Assembly: GCA_964057225.1 (NCBI GenBank)
Contig: OZ059895.1
Location: 1,860,001-1,924,000 of the forward strand
Reading direction: 5' to 3'
Origin: Auanema rhodensis
Lineage: Eukaryota; Animalia; Nematoda
Length of the DNA stretch: 64,000 nucleotides
Below, piece after piece: positions 13,101 to 25,983 of the stretch. The notes below the pieces were generated by a model that saw only the letters and a program-made list of their open reading frames with translations, was not told where the DNA came from and did no database searches. Each line of letters begins with the position of its first letter. The first letter of the stretch is position 1. The translations under genes were made by a program, and so were the position numbers.

Positions 13101-14042
13101 TTATCAGATTTGCGCTAGCTTAAAAATGCACCGAGATATCAACTGATATAAGTTCACACTTATATCCTCGATTTTCACCCTGAAGAATTAATTTTTTCGT
13201 TGAACAACATTGTCCATCGTCTTTGCCTTGAAAAAAGGAATCTAAAAACATCTACTTTTTGCTAAATTATTTTAGAAATTTTTCGAAAAAATTTTTGTCA
13301 AAATGTTTTTGGAAGCAATGTTGAGTGTACATGGAAACTCAACATACACTAATGCATCATTTTTCAAACGATCATAACTAATTTTTGTATTAAGCGTTTC
13401 TCAATGTAGTATAGTGCATTCGATGCGGATTTTTAAGCTGCGTCGATCTGTGTTATCAGATTTGCGCTAGCTTAAAAATGCACCGAGATATCAACTGATA
13501 TAAGTTCACACTTATATCCTCGATTTTCACCCTGAAGAATTAATTTTTTCGTTGAATAACATTGTCCATCGTCTTTGCCTTGAAAAATGGAATCTAAAAA
13601 CATCTACTTTTTGCTAAATTATTTTGAAATTTTTCGAAAAAATTTTTGTCAAAATGTTTTTGGAAGCAATGTTGAGTGTACATGGAAACTCAACATACAC
13701 TAATGCATCATTTTTCAAACGATCATAACTAATTTTTGTATTAAGCGTTTCTCAATGTAGTATAGTGCATTCGATGCGGATTTTTAAGCTGCGTCGATCT
13801 GTGTTATCAGATTTGCGCTAGCTTAACAATGCACCGAGATATCAACTGATATAAGATCACACTTATATCCTCGATTTTCACCCTGAAGAATTAATTTTTT
13901 CGTTGAATAACATTGTCCATCGTCTTTGCCTTGAAAAATGGAATCTAAAAACATCTACTTTTTGCTAAATTATTTTGAAATTTTTCGAAAAAATTTTTGT
14001 CAAAATGTTTTTGGAAGCAATGTTGAGTGTACATGGAAACTC
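10180..14042. repeat. Local 6-monomer-period duplication (M30-34 = M36-40)
   Basis: C62T, then T217C with an A insertion, then A136C+T165A recur at a 2,107-bp offset. C62T and T217C were seen nowhere else. Confidence 0.9.
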
Positions 14043-17000
14043 AACATACACTAATGCATCATTTTTCAAACGATCATAACTAATTTTTGTATTAAGCTTT
14101 TCTCAATGTAGTATAGTGCATTCGATGCGGATTTTTAAGCTGCGTCGATCTGTGTTATCAGATTTGTGCTAGCTTAAAAATGCACCGAGATATCAACTGA
14201 TATAAGTTCACACTTATATCCTCGATTTTCACCCTGAAGAATTAATTTTTTTGTTGAATAACATCGTCCATCGTCTTTGCCTTGAAAAATGGAATCTAAA
14301 AACATCTACTTTTTGCTAAATTATTTTGAAATTTTTCGAAAAAATTTTTGTCAAAATGTTTTTGGAAGCAATGTTGAGTGTACATGGAAACTCAACATAC
14401 ACTAATGCATCATTTTTCAAACGATCATAACTAATTTTTGTATTAAGCGTTTTTCAATGTAGTATAGTGCATTCGATGCGGATTTTTAAGCTGCGTCGAT
14501 CTGTGTTATCAGATTTGCGCTAGCTTAAAAATGCACCGAGATATCAACTGATATAAGTTCACACTTATATCCTCGATTTTCACCCTGAAGAATTAATTTT
14601 TTCGTTGAATAACATTGTCCATCGTCTTTGCCTTGAAAAAAGGAATCTAAAAACATCTACTTTTTGCTAAATTATTTTGAAATTTTTCGAAAAAATTTTT
14701 GTCAAAATGTTTTTGGAAGCAATGTTGAGTGTACATGGAAACTCAACATACACTAATGCATCATTTTTCAAACGATCATAACTAATTTTTGTATTAAGCG
14801 TTTTTCAATGTAGTATAGTGCATTCGATGCGGATTTTTAAGCTGCGTCGATCTGTGTTATCAGATTTGCGCTAGCTTAACAATGCACCGAGATATCAACT
14901 GATATAAGTTCACACTTATATCCTCGATTTTCACCCTGAAGAATTAATTTTTTCGTTGAATAACATTGTCCATCGTCTTTGCCTTGAAAAATTGAATCTA
15001 AAAACATCTACTTTTTGCTAAATTATTTTGAAATTTTTCGAAAAAATTTTTGTCAAAATGTTTTTGGAAGCAATGTTGAGTGTACATGGAAACTCAACAT
15101 ACACTAATGCATCATTTTTCAAACGATTATAACTAATTTTTGTATTAAGCTTTTCTCAATGTAGTATAGTGCATTCGATGCGGATTTTTAAGCTGCGTCG
15201 ATCTGTGTTATCAGATTTGCGCTAGCTTAAAAATGCACCGAGATATCAACTGATATAAGTTCACACTTATATCCTCGATTTTCACCCTGAAGAATTAATT
15301 TTTTCGTTGAATAACATTGTCCATCGTCTTTGCCTTGAAAAATGGAATCTAAAAACATCTACTTTTTGCTAAATTATTTTGAAATTTTTCGAAAAAATTT
15401 TTGTCAAAATGTTTTTGGAAGCAATGTTGAGTGTACGTGGAAACTCAACATACACTAATGCATCATTTTTCAAACGATCATAACTAATTTTTGTATTAAG
15501 CTTTTCTCATTGTAGTATAGTGCATTCGATGCGGATTTTTAAGCTGCGTCGATCTGTGTTATCAGATTTGCGCTAGCTTAAAAATGCACCGAGATATCAA
15601 CTGATATAAGTTCACACTTATATCCTCGATTTTCACCCTGAAGAATTAATTTTTTCGTTGAATAACATTGTCCATCGTCTTTGCCTTGAAAAAAGGAATC
15701 TAAAAACATCTACTTTTTGCTAAATTATTTTGAAATTTTTCGAAAAAATTTTTGTCAAAATGTTTTTGGAAGCAATGTTGAGTGTACGTGGAAACTCAAC
15801 ATACACTAATGCATCATTTTTCAAACGATCATAACTAATTTTTGTATTAAGCTTTTCTCATTGTAGTATAGTGCATTCGATGCGGATTTTTAAGCTGCGT
15901 CGATCTGTGTTATCAGATTTGCGCTAGCTTAAAAATGCACCGAGATATCAACTGATATAAGTTCACACTTATATCCTCGATTTTCACCCTGAAGAATTAA
16001 TTTTTTCGTTGAATAACATTGTCCATCGTCTTTGCCTTGAAAAAAGGAATCTAAAAACATCTACTTTTTGCTAAATTATTTTGAAATTTTTCGAAAAAAT
16101 TTTTGTCAAAATGTTTTTGGAAGCAATGTTGAGTGTACATGGAAACTCAACATACACTAATGCATCATTTTTCAAACGATCATAACTAATTTTTGTATTA
16201 AGCGTTTTTCAATGTAGTATAGTGCATTCGATGCGGATTTTTAAGCTGCGTCGATCTGTGTTATCAGATTTGCGCTAGCTTAACAATGCACCGAGATATC
16301 AACTGATATAAGTTCACACTTATATCCTCGATTTTCACCCTGAAGAATTAATTTTTTCGTTGAATAACATTGTCCATCGTCTTTGCCTTGAAAAATGGAA
16401 TCTAAAAACATCTACTTTTTGCTAAATTATTTTGAAATTTTTCGAAAAAATTTTTGTCAAAATGTTTTTGGAAGCAATGTTGAGTGTACATGGAAACTCA
16501 ACATACACTAATGCATCATTTTTCAAACGATTATAACTAATTTTTGTATTAAGCTTTTCTCAATGTAGTATAGTGCATTCGATGCGGATTTTTAAGCTGC
16601 GTCGATCTGTGTTATCAGATTTGCGCTAGCTTAAAAATGCACCGAGATATCAACTGATATAAGTTCACACTTATATCCTCGATTTTCACCCTGAAGAATT
16701 AATTTTTTCGTTGAATAACATTGTCCATCGTCTTTGCCTTGAAAAATGGAATCTAAAAACATCTACTTTTTGCTAAATTATTTTGAAATTTTTCGAAAAA
16801 ATTTTTGTCAAAATGTTTTTGGAAGCAATGTTGAGTGTACGTGGAAACTCAACATACACTAATGCATCATTTTTCAAACGATCATAACTAATTTTTGTAT
16901 TAAGCTTTTCTCATTGTAGTATAGTGCATTCGATGCGGATTTTTAAGCTGCGTCGATCTGTGTTATCAGATTTGCGCTAGCTTAAAAATGCACCGAGATA

Positions 17001-20000
17001 TCAACTGATATAAGTTCACACTTATATCCTCGATTTTCACCCTGAAGAATTAATTTTTTCGTTGAATAACATCGTCCATCGTCTTTGCCTTGAAAAATGG
17101 AATCTAAAAACATCTACTTTTTGCTAAATTATTTTGAAATTTTTCGAAAAAATTTTTGTCAAAATGTTTTTGGAAGCAATGTTGAGTGTACATGGAAACT
17201 CAACATACACTAATGCATCATTTTTCAAACGATCATAACTAATTTTTGTATTAAGCTTTTCTCAATGTAGTATAGTGCATTCGATGCGGATTTTTAAGCT
17301 GCGTCGATCTGTGTTATCAGATTTGCGCTAGCTTAAAAATGCACCGAGATATCAACTGATATAAGTTTACACTTATATCCTCGATTTTCACCCTGAAGAA
17401 TTAATTTTTTCGTTGAATAACATCGTCCATCGTCTTTGCCTTGAAAAATGGAATCTAAAAACATCTACTTTTTGCTAAATTATTTTGAAATTTTTCGAAA
17501 AAATTTTTGTCAAAATGTTTTTGGAAGCAATGTTGAGTGTACGTGGAAACTCAACATACACTAATGCATCATTTTTCAAACGATCATAACTAATTTTTGT
17601 ATTAAGCTTTTCTCAATGTAGTATAGTGCATTCGATGCGGATTTTTAAGCTGCGTCGATCTGTGTTATCAGATTTGCGCTAGCTTAAAAATGCACCGAGA
17701 TATCAACTGATATAAGTTCACACTTATATCCTCGATTTTCACCCTGAAGAATTAATTTTTTCGTTGAATAACATTGTCCATCGTCTTTGCCTTGAAAAAA
17801 GGAATCTAAAAACATCTACTTTTTGCTAAATTATTTTGAAATTTTTCGAAAAAATTTTTGTCAAAATGTTTTTGGAAGCAATGTTGAGTGTACATGGAAA
17901 CTCAACATACACTAATGCATCATTTTTCAAACGATCATAACTAATTTTTGTATTAAGCGTTTCTCAATGTAGTATAGTGCATTCGATGCGGATTTTTAAG
18001 CTGCGTCGATCTGTGTTATCAGATTTGCGCTAGCTTGAAAATGCACCGAGATATCAACTGATATAAGTTCACACTTATATCCTCGATTTTCACCCTGAAG
18101 AATTAATTTTTTCGTTGAATAACATTGTCCATCGTTTTTGCCTTGAAAAAAGGAATCTAAAAACATCTACTTTTTGCTAAATTATTTTGAAATTTTTCGA
18201 AAAAATTTTTGTCAAAATGTTTTTGGAAGCAATGTTGAGTGTACATGGAAACTCAACATACACTAATGAATCATTTTTCAAACGATCATAACTAATTTTT
18301 GTATTAAGCGTTTTTCAATGTAGTATAGTGCATTCGATGCGGATTTTTAAGCTGCGTCGATCTGTGTTATCAGATTTGCGCTAGCTTAAAAATGCACCGA
18401 GATATCAACTGATATAAGTTCACACTTATATCCTCGATTTTCACCCTGAAGAATTAATTTTTTCGTTGAATAACATTGTCCATCGTCTTTGCCTTGAAAA
18501 ATGGAATCTAAAAACATCTAATTTTTGCTAAATTATTCTGAAATTTTTCGAAAAAATTTTTGTCAAAATGTTTTTGGAAGCAATGTTGAGTGTACATGGA
18601 AACTCAACATACACTAATGCATCATTTTTCAAACGATCATAACTAATTTTTGTATCAAGCGTTTCTCAATGTAGTATAGTGCATTCGATGCGGATTTTTA
18701 AGCTGCGGCGATCTGTGTTATCAGATTTGCGCTAACTTAAAAATGCACCGAGATATCAACTGATATAAGTTCACACTTATATCCTCGATTTTCACCCTGA
18801 AGAATTAATTTTTTCGTTGAATAACATTGTCCATCGTCTTTGCCTTGAAAAATAGAATCTAAAAACATCTACTTTTTGCTAAATTATTTTGAAATTTTTC
18901 GAAAAAATTTTTGTCAAAATGTTTTTGGAAGCAATGTTGAGTGTACATGGAAACTCAACATACACTAATGCATCATTTTTCAAACGATCATAACTAATTT
19001 TTGTATCAAACGTTTCTCAATGTAGTATAGTGCATTCGATGCGGATTTTTAAGCTGCGTCGATCTGTGTTATCAGATTTGCGCTAGCTTAAAAATGCACC
19101 GAGATATCAACTGATATAAGTTCACACTTATATCCTCGATTTTCACCCTGAAGAATTAATTTTTTCGTTGAATAACATCGTCCATCGTCTTTGCCTTGAA
19201 AAATGGAATCTAAAAACATCTACTTTTTGCTAAATTATTTTGAAATTTTTCGAAAAAATTTTTGTCAAAATGTTTTTGGAAGCAATGTTGAGTGTACATG
19301 GAAACTCAACATACACTAATGCATCATTTTTCAAACGATCATAACTAATTTTTGTATCAAACGTTTCTCAATGTAGTATAGTGCATTCGATGCGGATTTT
19401 TAAGCTGCGTCGATCTGTGTTATCAGATTTGCGCTAGCTTAAAAATGCACCGAGATATCAACTGATATAAGTTCACACTTATATCCTCGATTTTCACCCT
19501 GAAGAATTAATTTTTTCGTTGAATAACATCGTCCATCGTCTTTGCCTTGAAAAATGGAATCTAAAAACATCTACTTTTTGCTAAATTATTTTAAAATTTT
19601 TCGAAAAAATTTTTGTCAAAATGTTTTTGGAAGCAATGTTGAGTGTACATGGAAACTCAACATACACTAATGCATCATTTTTCAAACGATCATAACTAAT
19701 TTTTGTATTAAGCGTTTCTCAATGTAGTATAGTGCATTCGATGCGGATTTTTAAGCTGCGTCGATCTGTGTTATCAGATTTGCGCTAGCTTAAAAATGCA
19801 CCGAGATATCAACTGATATAAGTTCACACTTATATCCTCGATTTTCACCCTGAAGAATTAATTTTTTCGTTGAATAACATTGTCCATCGTTTTTGCCTTG
19901 TAAAAAGGAATCTAAAAACATCTACTTTTTGCTAAATTATTTTGAAATTTTTAGAAAAAATTTTTGTCAAAATGTTTTTGGAAGCAATGTTGAGTGTACA

Positions 20001-22468
20001 TGGAAACTCAACATACACTAATGAATCATTTTTCAAACGATCATAACTAATTTTTGTATTAAGCGTTTTTCAATGTAGTATAGTGCATTCGATGCGGATT
20101 TTTAAGCTGCGTCGATCTGTGTTATCAGATTTGCACTAGCTTAAAAATGCACCGAGATATCAACTGATATAAGTTCACACTTATATCCTCGATTTTCACC
20201 CTGAAGAATTAATTTTTTCGTTGAATAACATTGTCCATCGTCTTTGCCTTGAAAAATGGAATCTAAAAACATCTACTTTTTGCTAAATTATTTTGAAATT
20301 TTTCGAAAAAATTTTTGTCAAAATGTTTTTGGAAGCAATGTTGAGTGTACATGGAAACTCAACATACACTAATGCATCATTTTTCAAACGATCATAACTA
20401 ATTTTTGTATTAAGCTTTTCTCAATGTAGTATAGTGCATTCGATGCGGATTTTTAAGCTGCGTCGATCTGTGTTATCAGATTTGCGCTAGCTTAAAAATG
20501 CACCGAGATATCAACTGATATAAGTTTACACTTATATCCTCGATTTTCACCCTGAAGAATTAATTTTTTCGTTGAATAACATCGTCCATCGTCTTTGCCT
20601 TGAAAAATGGAATCTAAAAACATCTACTTTTTGCTAAATTATTTTGAAATTTTTCGAAAAAATTTTTGTCAAAATGTTTTTGGAAGCAATGTTGAGTGTA
20701 CGTGGAAACTCAACATACACTAATGCATCATTTTTCAAACGATCATAACTAATTTTTGTATTAAGCTTTTCTCAATGTAGTATAGTGCATTCGATGCGGA
20801 TTTTTTAACCTGCGTCGATCTGTGTTATCAGATTTGCGCTAGCTTAAAAATGCACCGAGATATCAACTGATATAAGTTCACACTTATATCCTCGATTTTC
20901 ACCCTGAAGAATTAATTTTTTCGTTGAATAACATTGTCCATCGTCTTTGCCTTGAAAAAAGGAATCTAAAAACATCTACTTTTTGCTAAATTATTTTAGA
21001 AATTTTTCGAAAAAATTTTTGTCAAAATGTTTTTGGAAGCAATGTTGAGTGTACATGGAAACTCAACATACACTAATGCATCATTTTTCAAACGATCATA
21101 ACTAATTTTTGTATTAAGCGTTTCTCAATGTAGTATAGTGCATTCGATGCGGATTTTTAAGCTGCGTCGATCTGTGTTATCAGATTTGCGCTAGCTTAAA
21201 AATGCACCGAGATATCAACTGATATAAGTTCACACTTATATCCTCGATTTTCACCCTGAAGAATTAATTTTTTCGTTGAATAACATCGTTCATCGTCTTT
21301 GCCTTGAAAAATGGAATCTAAAAACATCTACTTTTTGCTAAATTATTTTGAAATTTTTCGAAAAAATTTTTGTCAAAATGTTTTTGGAAGCAATGTTGAG
21401 TGTACATGGAAACTCAACATACACTAATGCATCATTTTTCAAACGATCATAACTAATTTTTGTATTAAGCGTTTCTCAATGTAGTATAGTGCATTCGATG
21501 CGGATTTTTAAGCTGCGTCGATCTGTGTTATCAGATTTGCGCTAGCTTAAAAATGCACCGAGATATCAACTGATATAAGTTCACACTTATATCCTCGATT
21601 TTCACCCTGAAGAATTAATTTTTTCGTTGAATAACATTGTCCATCGTCTTTGCCTTGAAAAATGGAATCTAAAAACATCTACTTTTTGCTAAATTATTTT
21701 GAAATTTTTCGAAAAAATTTTTGTCAAAATGTTTTTGGAAGCAATGTTGAGTGTACGTGGAAACTCAACATACACTAATGCATCATTTTTCAAACGATCA
21801 TAACTAATTTTTGTATTAAGCTTTTCTCAATGTAGTATAGTGCATTCGATGCGGATTTTTAAGCTGCGTCGATCTGTGTTATCAGATTTGCGCTAGCTTA
21901 AAAATGCACCGAGATATCAACTGATATAAGTTCACACTTATATCCTCGATTTTCACCCTGAAGAATTAATTTTTTCGTTGAATAACATTGTCCATCGTCT
22001 TTGCCTTGAAAAAAGGAATCTAAAAACATCTACTTTTTGCTAAATTATTTTGAAATTTTTCGAAAAAATTTTTGTCAAAATGTTTTTGGAAGCAATGTTG
22101 AGTGTACATGGAAACTCAACATACACTAATGCATCATTTTTCAAACGATCATAACTAATTTTTGTATTAAGCGTTTCTCAATGTAGTATAGTGCATTCGA
22201 TGCGGATTTTTAAGCTGCGTCGATCTGTGTTATCAGATTTGCGCTAGCTTAAAAATGCACCGAGATATCAACTGATATAAGTTCACACTTATATCCTCGA
22301 TTTTCACCCTGAAGAATTAATTTTTTCGTTGAATAACATTGTCCATCGTCTTTGCCTTGAAAAATGGAATCTAAAAACATCTACTTTTTGCTGAATTATT
22401 TTGAAATTTTTCGAAAAAATTTTTGTCAAAATGTTTTTGGAAGCAATGTTGAGTGTACATGGAAACTC
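13692..22468. repeat. Higher-order duplicated block, copy A (M40-M64)
   Basis: The ordered series of rare variants (C210T, G249T, A64T, A134G, C233T, C15A, C267A, T51C, T103G, G249A, G54A, G286A, A243T, C295A, T-ins+G97C, C226T, A276G) is reproduced in the same order in M75-M98. Confidence 0.93.
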
Positions 22469-25400
22469 AACATACACTAATGCATCATTTTTCAAACGAT
22501 CATAACTAATTTTTGTATTAAGCTTTTCTCAATGTAGTATAGTGCATTCGATGCGGATTTTTAAGCTGCGTCGATCTGTGTTATCAGATTTGCGCTAGCT
22601 TAAAAATGCACCGAGATATCAACTGATATAAGTTCACACTTATATCCTCGATTTTCACCCTGAAGAATTAATTTTTTCGTTGAATAACATTGTCCATCGT
22701 CTTTGCCTTGAAAAAAGGAATCTAAAAACATCTACTTTTTGCTAAATTATTTTGAAATTTTTCGAAAAAATTTTTGTCAAAATGTTTTTGGAAGCAATGT
22801 TGAGTGTACATGGAAACTCAACATACACTAATGCATCATTTTTCAAACGATCATAACTAATTTTTGTATTAAGCGTTTCTCAATGTAGTATAGTGCATTC
22901 GATGCGGATTTTTTAACCTGCGTCGATCTGTGTTATCAGATTTGCGCTAGCTTAAAAATGCACCGAGATATCAACTGATATAAGTTCACACTTATATCCT
23001 CGATTTTCACCCTGAAGAATTAATTTTTTCGTTGAATAACATTGTCCATCGTCTTTGCCTTGAAAAAAGGAATCTAAAAACATCTACTTTTTGCTAAATT
23101 ATTTTAGAAATTTTTCGAAAAAATTTTTGTCAAAATGTTTTTGGAAGCAATGTTGAGTGTACATGGAAACTCAACATACACTAATGCATCATTTTTCAAA
23201 CGATCATAACTAATTTTTGTATTAAGCGTTTCTCAATGTAGTATAGTGCATTCGATGCGGATTTTTAAGCTGCGTCGATCTGTGTTATCAGATTTGCGCT
23301 AGCTTAAAAATGCACCGAGATATCAACTGATATAAGTTCACACTTATATCCTCGATTTTCACCCTGAAGAATTAATTTTTTCGTTGAATAACATCGTCCA
23401 TCGTCTTTGCCTTGAAAAATGGAATCTAAAAACATCTACTTTTTGCTAAATTATTTTGAAATTTTTCGAAAAAATTTTTGTCAAAATGTTTTTGGAAGCA
23501 ATGTTGAGTGTACATGGAAACTCAACATACACTAATGCATCATTTTTCAAACGATCATAACTAATTTTTGTATTAAGCGTTTCTCAATGTAGTATAGTGC
23601 ATTCGATGCGGATTTTTAAGCTGCGTCGATCTGTGTTATCAGATTTGCGCTAGCTTAACAATGCACCGAGATATCAACTGATATAAGATCACACTTATAT
23701 CCTCGATTTTCACCCTGAAGAATTAATTTTTTCGTTGAATAACATTGTCCATCGTCTTTGCCTTGAAAAATGGAATCTAAAAACATCTACTTTTTGCTAA
23801 ATTATTTTGAAATTTTTCGAAAAAATTTTTGTCAAAATGTTTTTGGAAGCAATGTTGAGTGTACATGGAAACTCAACATACACTAATGCATCATTTTTCA
23901 AACGATCATAACTAATTTTTGTATTAAGCTTTTCTCAATGTAGTATAGTGCATTCGATGCGGATTTTTAAGCTGCGTCGATCTGTGTTATCAGATTTGCG
24001 CTAGCTTAAAAATGCACCGAGATATCAACTGATATAAGTTCACACTTATATCCTCGATTTTCACCCTGAAGAATTAATTTTTTCGTTGAATAACATTGTC
24101 CATCGTCTTTGCCTTGAAAAAAGGAATCTAAAAACATCTACTTTTTGCTAAATTATTTTAGAAATTTTTCGAAAAAATTTTTGTCAAAATGTTTTTGGAA
24201 GCAATGTTGAGTGTACATGGAAACTCAACATACACTAATGCATCATTTTTCAAACGATCATAACTAATTTTTGTATTAAGCGTTTCTCAATGTAGTATAG
24301 TGCATTCGATGCGGATTTTTAAGCTGCGTCGATCTGTGTTATCAGATTTGCGCTAGCTTAAAAATGCACCGAGATATCAACTGATATAAGTTCACACTTA
24401 TATCCTCGATTTTCACCCTGAAGAATTAATTTTTTCGTTGAATAACATTGTCCATCGTCTTTGCCTTGAAAAAAGGAATCTAAAAACATCTACTTTTTGC
24501 TAAATTATTTTAGAAATTTTTCGAAAAAATTTTTGTCAAAATGTTTTTGGAAGCAATGTTGAGTGTACATGGAAACTCAACATACACTAATGCATCATTT
24601 TTCAAACGATCATAACTAATTTTTGTATTAAGCGTTTCTCAATGTAGTATAGTGCATTCGATGCGGATTTTTAAGCTGCGTCGATCTGTGTTATCAGATT
24701 TGCGCTAGCTTAAAAATGCACCGAGATATCAACTGATATAAGTTCACACTTATATCCTCGATTTTCACCCTGAAGAATTAATTTTTTCGTTGAATAACAT
24801 CGTCCATCGTCTTTGCCTTGAAAAATGGAATCTAAAAACATCTACTTTTTGCTAAATTATTTTGAAATTTTTCGAAAAAATTTTTGTCAAAATGTTTTTG
24901 GAAGCAATGTTGAGTGTACATGGAAACTCAACATACACTAATGCATCATTTTTCAAACGATCATAACTAATTTTTGTATTAAGCGTTTCTCAATGTAGTA
25001 TAGTGCATTCGATGCGGATTTTTAAGCTGCGTCGATCTGTGTTATCAGATTTGCGCTAGCTTAACAATGCACCGAGATATCAACTGATATAAGATCACAC
25101 TTATATCCTCGATTTTCACCCTGAAGAATTAATTTTTTCGTTGAATAACATTGTCCATCGTCTTTGCCTTGAAAAATGGAATCTAAAAACATCTACTTTT
25201 TGCTAAATTATTTTGAAATTTTTCGAAAAAATTTTTGTCAAAATGTTTTTGGAAGCAATGTTGAGTGTACATGGAAACTCAACATACACTAATGCATCAT
25301 TTTTCAAACGATCATAACTAATTTTTGTATTAAGCTTTTCTCAATGTAGTATAGTGCATTCGATGCGGATTTTTAAGCTGCGTCGATCTGTGTTATCAGA

Positions 25401-25983
25401 TTTGCGCTAGCTTAAAAATGCACCGAGATATCAACTGATATAAGTTCACACTTATATCCTCGATTTTCACCCTGAAGAATTAATTTTTTCGTTGAATAAC
25501 ATTGTCCATCGTCTTTGCCTTGAAAAAAGGAATCTAAAAACATCTACTTTTTGCTAAATTATTTTAGAAATTTTTCGAAAAAATTTTTGTCAAAATGTTT
25601 TTGGAAGCAATGTTGAGTGTACATGGAAACTCAACATACACTAATGCATCATTTTTCAAACGATCATAACTAATTTTTGTATTAAGCGTTTCTCAATGTA
25701 GTATAGTGCATTCGATGCGGATTTTTAAGCTGCGTCGATCTGTGTTATCAGATTTGCGCTAGCTTAAAAATGCACCGAGATATCAACTGATATAAGTTCA
25801 CACTTATATCCTCGATTTTCACCCTGAAGAATTAATTTTTTCGTTGAATAACATCGTCCATCGTCTTTGCCTTGAAAAATGGAATCTAAAAACATCTACT
25901 TTTTGCTAAATTATTTTGAAATTTTTCGAAAAAATTTTTGTCAAAATGTTTTTGGAAGCAATGTTGAGTGTACATGGAAACTC

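Noticed and set aside
22304-22495. 63-aa minus-strand ORF (MKNDALVYVEF...)
   Set aside because: It exists only because SNV A276G (position 22393) turns a TAG into CAG on the minus strand. About 180 other monomers lack this variant, and the peptide has no recognisable domain.
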